DNA of 64,000 nt, taken from NCBI GenBank assembly GCA_010015585.1, contig ML975149.1; one strand, given 5' to 3'. The DNA is from Eremomyces bilateralis CBS 781.70. Taxonomy: Eukaryota. The translations under genes were made by a program, and so were the position numbers. The notes under the pieces are model-generated. The model saw only the letters and a program-made list of their open reading frames with translations, had not been told where the DNA came from and made no database searches. Positions 61,279 to 64,000 of this stretch are shown here, piece by piece (position 1 is the first letter of the stretch; every line of letters starts with the position of its first letter).

Positions 61279-62687
61279 TCACAACCCCTTTCCGCCATTG
61301 ACGACTTTCTCCATCGGCCCGTTCCCATGCGTAGTATGACCATTCAACCCCGACTCTTTCTGCAGCTGCCATTCCTCCCACTGATCCAGCAGCTCGATCT
61401 GATCCTCCGTGTCGCCGTCCCGGTTCGAATTTGGCGAGAGCAACGTGATGCCGATGCCGTATATCGAGTGGGCCAACAGCACGAACGTCAGGCCGATGAT
61501 CCGCCCCGCGTTCATCCGCTCGCCCAAGATCAGCTGCGTCAGGATCGTCTGCACGATGACCCGCACCGTCCCCGTGGCCGTGAACCGCGTCTCCCCCGTC
61601 CACTGATCCCATTTCCACACCCGCGACGTGGCCGTCCCGAACCGCGTCAGCCCCGCGATCGCCCCGAGGAGGGCGAACTGCGCCATTTTGCCCACCGCGG
61701 GGTACGCCCCGCTCACCTCGAGCACGCGGCCGCTAAGCAAAATGTCCACCACGGTCGGGATGTAGATCCATTGGCGGGATATCAGCATCAATATGATTGC
61801 CGCGAGGAAGCTCCATGCGCTAATCCCCCACGAGGCGTGCCACTGCACCCGCTGCGCTTTCGCCGGGGAGTGATCCGGCTCGCGAGAGAGGCCTAACCAG
61901 AACTGCGGTGGAACCGCGATGGAGACGGCCACAGCAGCCGAGGAGAGGACGCCGAAGATGATGCCGATGGCGAGGATGGCGTGGGCGCCGGCGTCGGCGG
62001 CGACGGAGATGGTGAAGCCGATGATGGCGATGAACGAGGCTACGCCGGAGAGGAGAGCGGGGTAGAAAGGCGAGGGTTCGGGGACGAGTCGGGGGGACGG
62101 ACGGCTCTGGGAGAAGCGGCGGGGGCGGCCGGAGAGCATTAGGGGGAGGGAGAGAGAGAAGAAGATGGCGAAGGGGAGGAGGAGGCCGTGGGCGATGGGG
62201 TAGACGACGAGATCGAGGTATTTGAGGGTAAGGATCCGGAAGATAAGGGTGGAGAGCGAGAGGGCGGATGGAGTGAGGAGGGGAAGTAGTGACTGCGCGA
62301 GGTGATGGTAAGTTTCGCATTCAGAAGTGTTGCCAATGTTGCCAGCCCGGTCTAGCTTCCCATCTTGACATGTTGACGAGACGATGAAAAAGGGGACGAG
62401 AACAACAAATGCCTTACCGATATTCTGAATCCTTTGATTCCTGTGGAGGCTATCCCCGTACATGTCAAGAGAATGAACTCAATGCCGGTCAACATGAACA
62501 GCAATAGGAACGGCGCGTCCAGTGCGTTGAGCGCCGCCTTCATCAAAATCATCGTCGCGATGGACCATGTTGAATCGAACACGATCACACCCGCACTCCC
62601 AGTGTTCGCACGTAGCGTCGACGTGAGCAACGCGACGACGCCGGCATCGATTGTGGGCATATTCGATATCGCGGTCTCCCGTCCCAT
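61279..62687 (-). CDS. Multi-pass membrane protein, probably DMT/nucleotide-sugar transporter-like, with one intron
   Basis: WSIATMILMKAALNALDAPFLLLF, TLKYLDLVVYPIAHGLLLPF, TGTVRVIVQTIL..GRIIGLTFVL; donor GTAAGG near 62418. Confidence 0.6.
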
Positions 62688-63544
62688 TACCTTTCCCCGG
62701 GGGTGAGACGGGGAGAGGTGGGTGGATGGATGGACGGAGACCGGGCGCCTAAGAGGAGCGGGCTTGCGAGGGGAGAGCGACGGCTAGTGATATCTTCGTA
62801 TCATGGTGGTGGAGAATGACGGAGGGGGTGAGTGGATGGGAACAAGGCCCTGGAACGGGATCGGGATTCGGAAGGGTCAAGGTAAAAGACGTATAGGTAC
62901 GTCGAGTACAGAAATGAGAGGATGGTGAATGGTGATAGGGATTAGGGAGGTGCTGAAGGCGCATTTCGGTTCGGATCCGAATCTGCACAAGAAACAGGAT
63001 TATTTAAGATTATTTATTACAGCAATCACAACAGGATGTAACATTAATTACTGCCGCTAGCAGGGGTTAGGCCCACTTGATGCCCTAATATATTACCGTA
63101 ATCTTGATGTCAAACACAGTCATTTCAAAGACAGTCAAAGTCACCCCAAACATCCGAGATTCTGATGACATTGTCGTGACAGTGGCCATTTTCCTCTATC
63201 ACCTCCTATACCTAGATGATCATGGTTATTGAATCGCTAATTGATGCTTGTGTATACTTGATGTGCCTCCGTAATGCAATGTCTATGCTCCATACCTAGC
63301 CAATGAACAGTGTGTTATTTCCAAGGCGTTCCCATCACGATTACGAGATCCAGTTCGGGTGCTTCATGAGCACGTCTTCGGATTATATCATCTAATAAGA
63401 TCTGCCCAAAGGTGGTGGTTTTCAGCCCTTGACATTCTAGCCATTCAAATAAGGCTGCGTGCTCGGTTTCGCAGCACCGAGTCTTGTGCTCGGGACGTTC
63501 CATCTCTCGGTAGGCTATCATGACACAGAGCCCGTGTGTCACCG

Positions 63545-64000
63545 CTACGATATTGGAGTTTCCTTTGTGTCCTGCTGCCTCTTGATTTTGTCAATCCCTA
63601 GGATCGGCCGCAAGTCATCTGCTATTGGAGTGTGCAGCTTAAAACTGTCACCACACTTCTTGAGCTCAGATAACTTCGTGCTCTGACTAATACGGGCCTG
63701 AGTTCGGTATTTTTGTTCCGCGAAGCGTTTGAAAGCTTGCCGGACGTCATTCTCGATGGCGCTAACACCATTGCTTCCAGATTTAATGTTGTCCGGACCA
63801 GGCTTCGTCGATAGATCATTGTCCTTTGTCCCCTGGTTCTCGGTGACCAAGTCCTGATTTCCTTCCTTAATATTTCCCTCGGTTTCTTTGGCAAAATTCC
63901 CACCCAGATGTGAAGCACCAACGTACACTTGCGGCGTTAACGCCTTTCCTACTAATCCAGGAGGGAGATCTAGAAGCATGGGATCTAGAAGAATGGGCTC
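63545..64000 (-). CDS. 3' end of a gene entering from beyond the window, containing a Pbp1/ataxin-2-like segment
   Basis: The frame is open to position 64000. FKRFAEQ..KLSELKKCGDSFKLHTPIADDLRPILGID resembles the fungal Pbp1 motif KLxDLxKFSxxFKLxTPVPxDLVPILAKD, recalled rather than searched. Confidence 0.45.
   Translation of the reverse strand, partial: EPILLDPMLLDLPPGLVGKALTPQVYVGASHLGGNFAKETEGNIKEGNQDLVTENQGTKDNDLSTKPGPDNIKSGSNGVSAIENDVRQAFKRFAEQKYRTQARISQSTKLSELKKCGDSFKLHTPIADDLRPILGIDKIKRQQDTKETPIS

Noticed and set aside
20251..62320. Many long overlapping or antisense ORFs (e.g. 20251-20961, 26474-27553, 30036-30695, 44680-45396, 56318-57064, 61222-61896)
   Set aside because: Shadows of GC3-rich real genes, with low-complexity R/P/G translations and no motifs.
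52705..62687. Agmatinase, cyclase-like, permease, PPN1 and transporter genes as a metabolic cluster
   Set aside because: No shared pathway, backbone enzyme or regulator; most likely ordinary neighbours.

Overview
Intron-containing DNA from a filamentous ascomycete (Pezizomycotina-type splice sites and gene set), in two compartments. (1) About 1-13 kb is an accessory island of immunity genes and transposon debris. It holds a NACHT-WD40 NLR whose hidden 34-codon first exon encodes a candidate HET-s-type amyloid signalling motif, a dead Tc1/mariner (DD34E) element, and a frameshifted hevein/CBM18 remnant. It also holds an intact three-exon gene for a predicted mitochondrion-targeted, C-terminally anchored coiled-coil protein built from 21/33-bp duplications, a LINE 3' remnant, a HET-NB-ARC-TPR NLR whose HET exon is joined through a GC-AG intron, and two related solo LTRs. 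(2) About 14-64 kb is mostly core genes: TRI12-like MFS, PMP3/SNA, GT34, DIS3, VMA13, Fpg, SF3A2, RSC7/NPL6, NAT1, TBCE, an agmatinase-like enzyme with signal peptide and RDEL, a tocopherol-cyclase-like gene broken twice in G-runs, a maltose permease, PPN1 and a nucleotide-sugar transporter. This part also has a ~9.4 kb gap without recognisable intact genes, and about ten islands where the + strand switches from C-rich to G-rich regardless of gene orientation. Family assignments come from recognised motifs; no database search was run.
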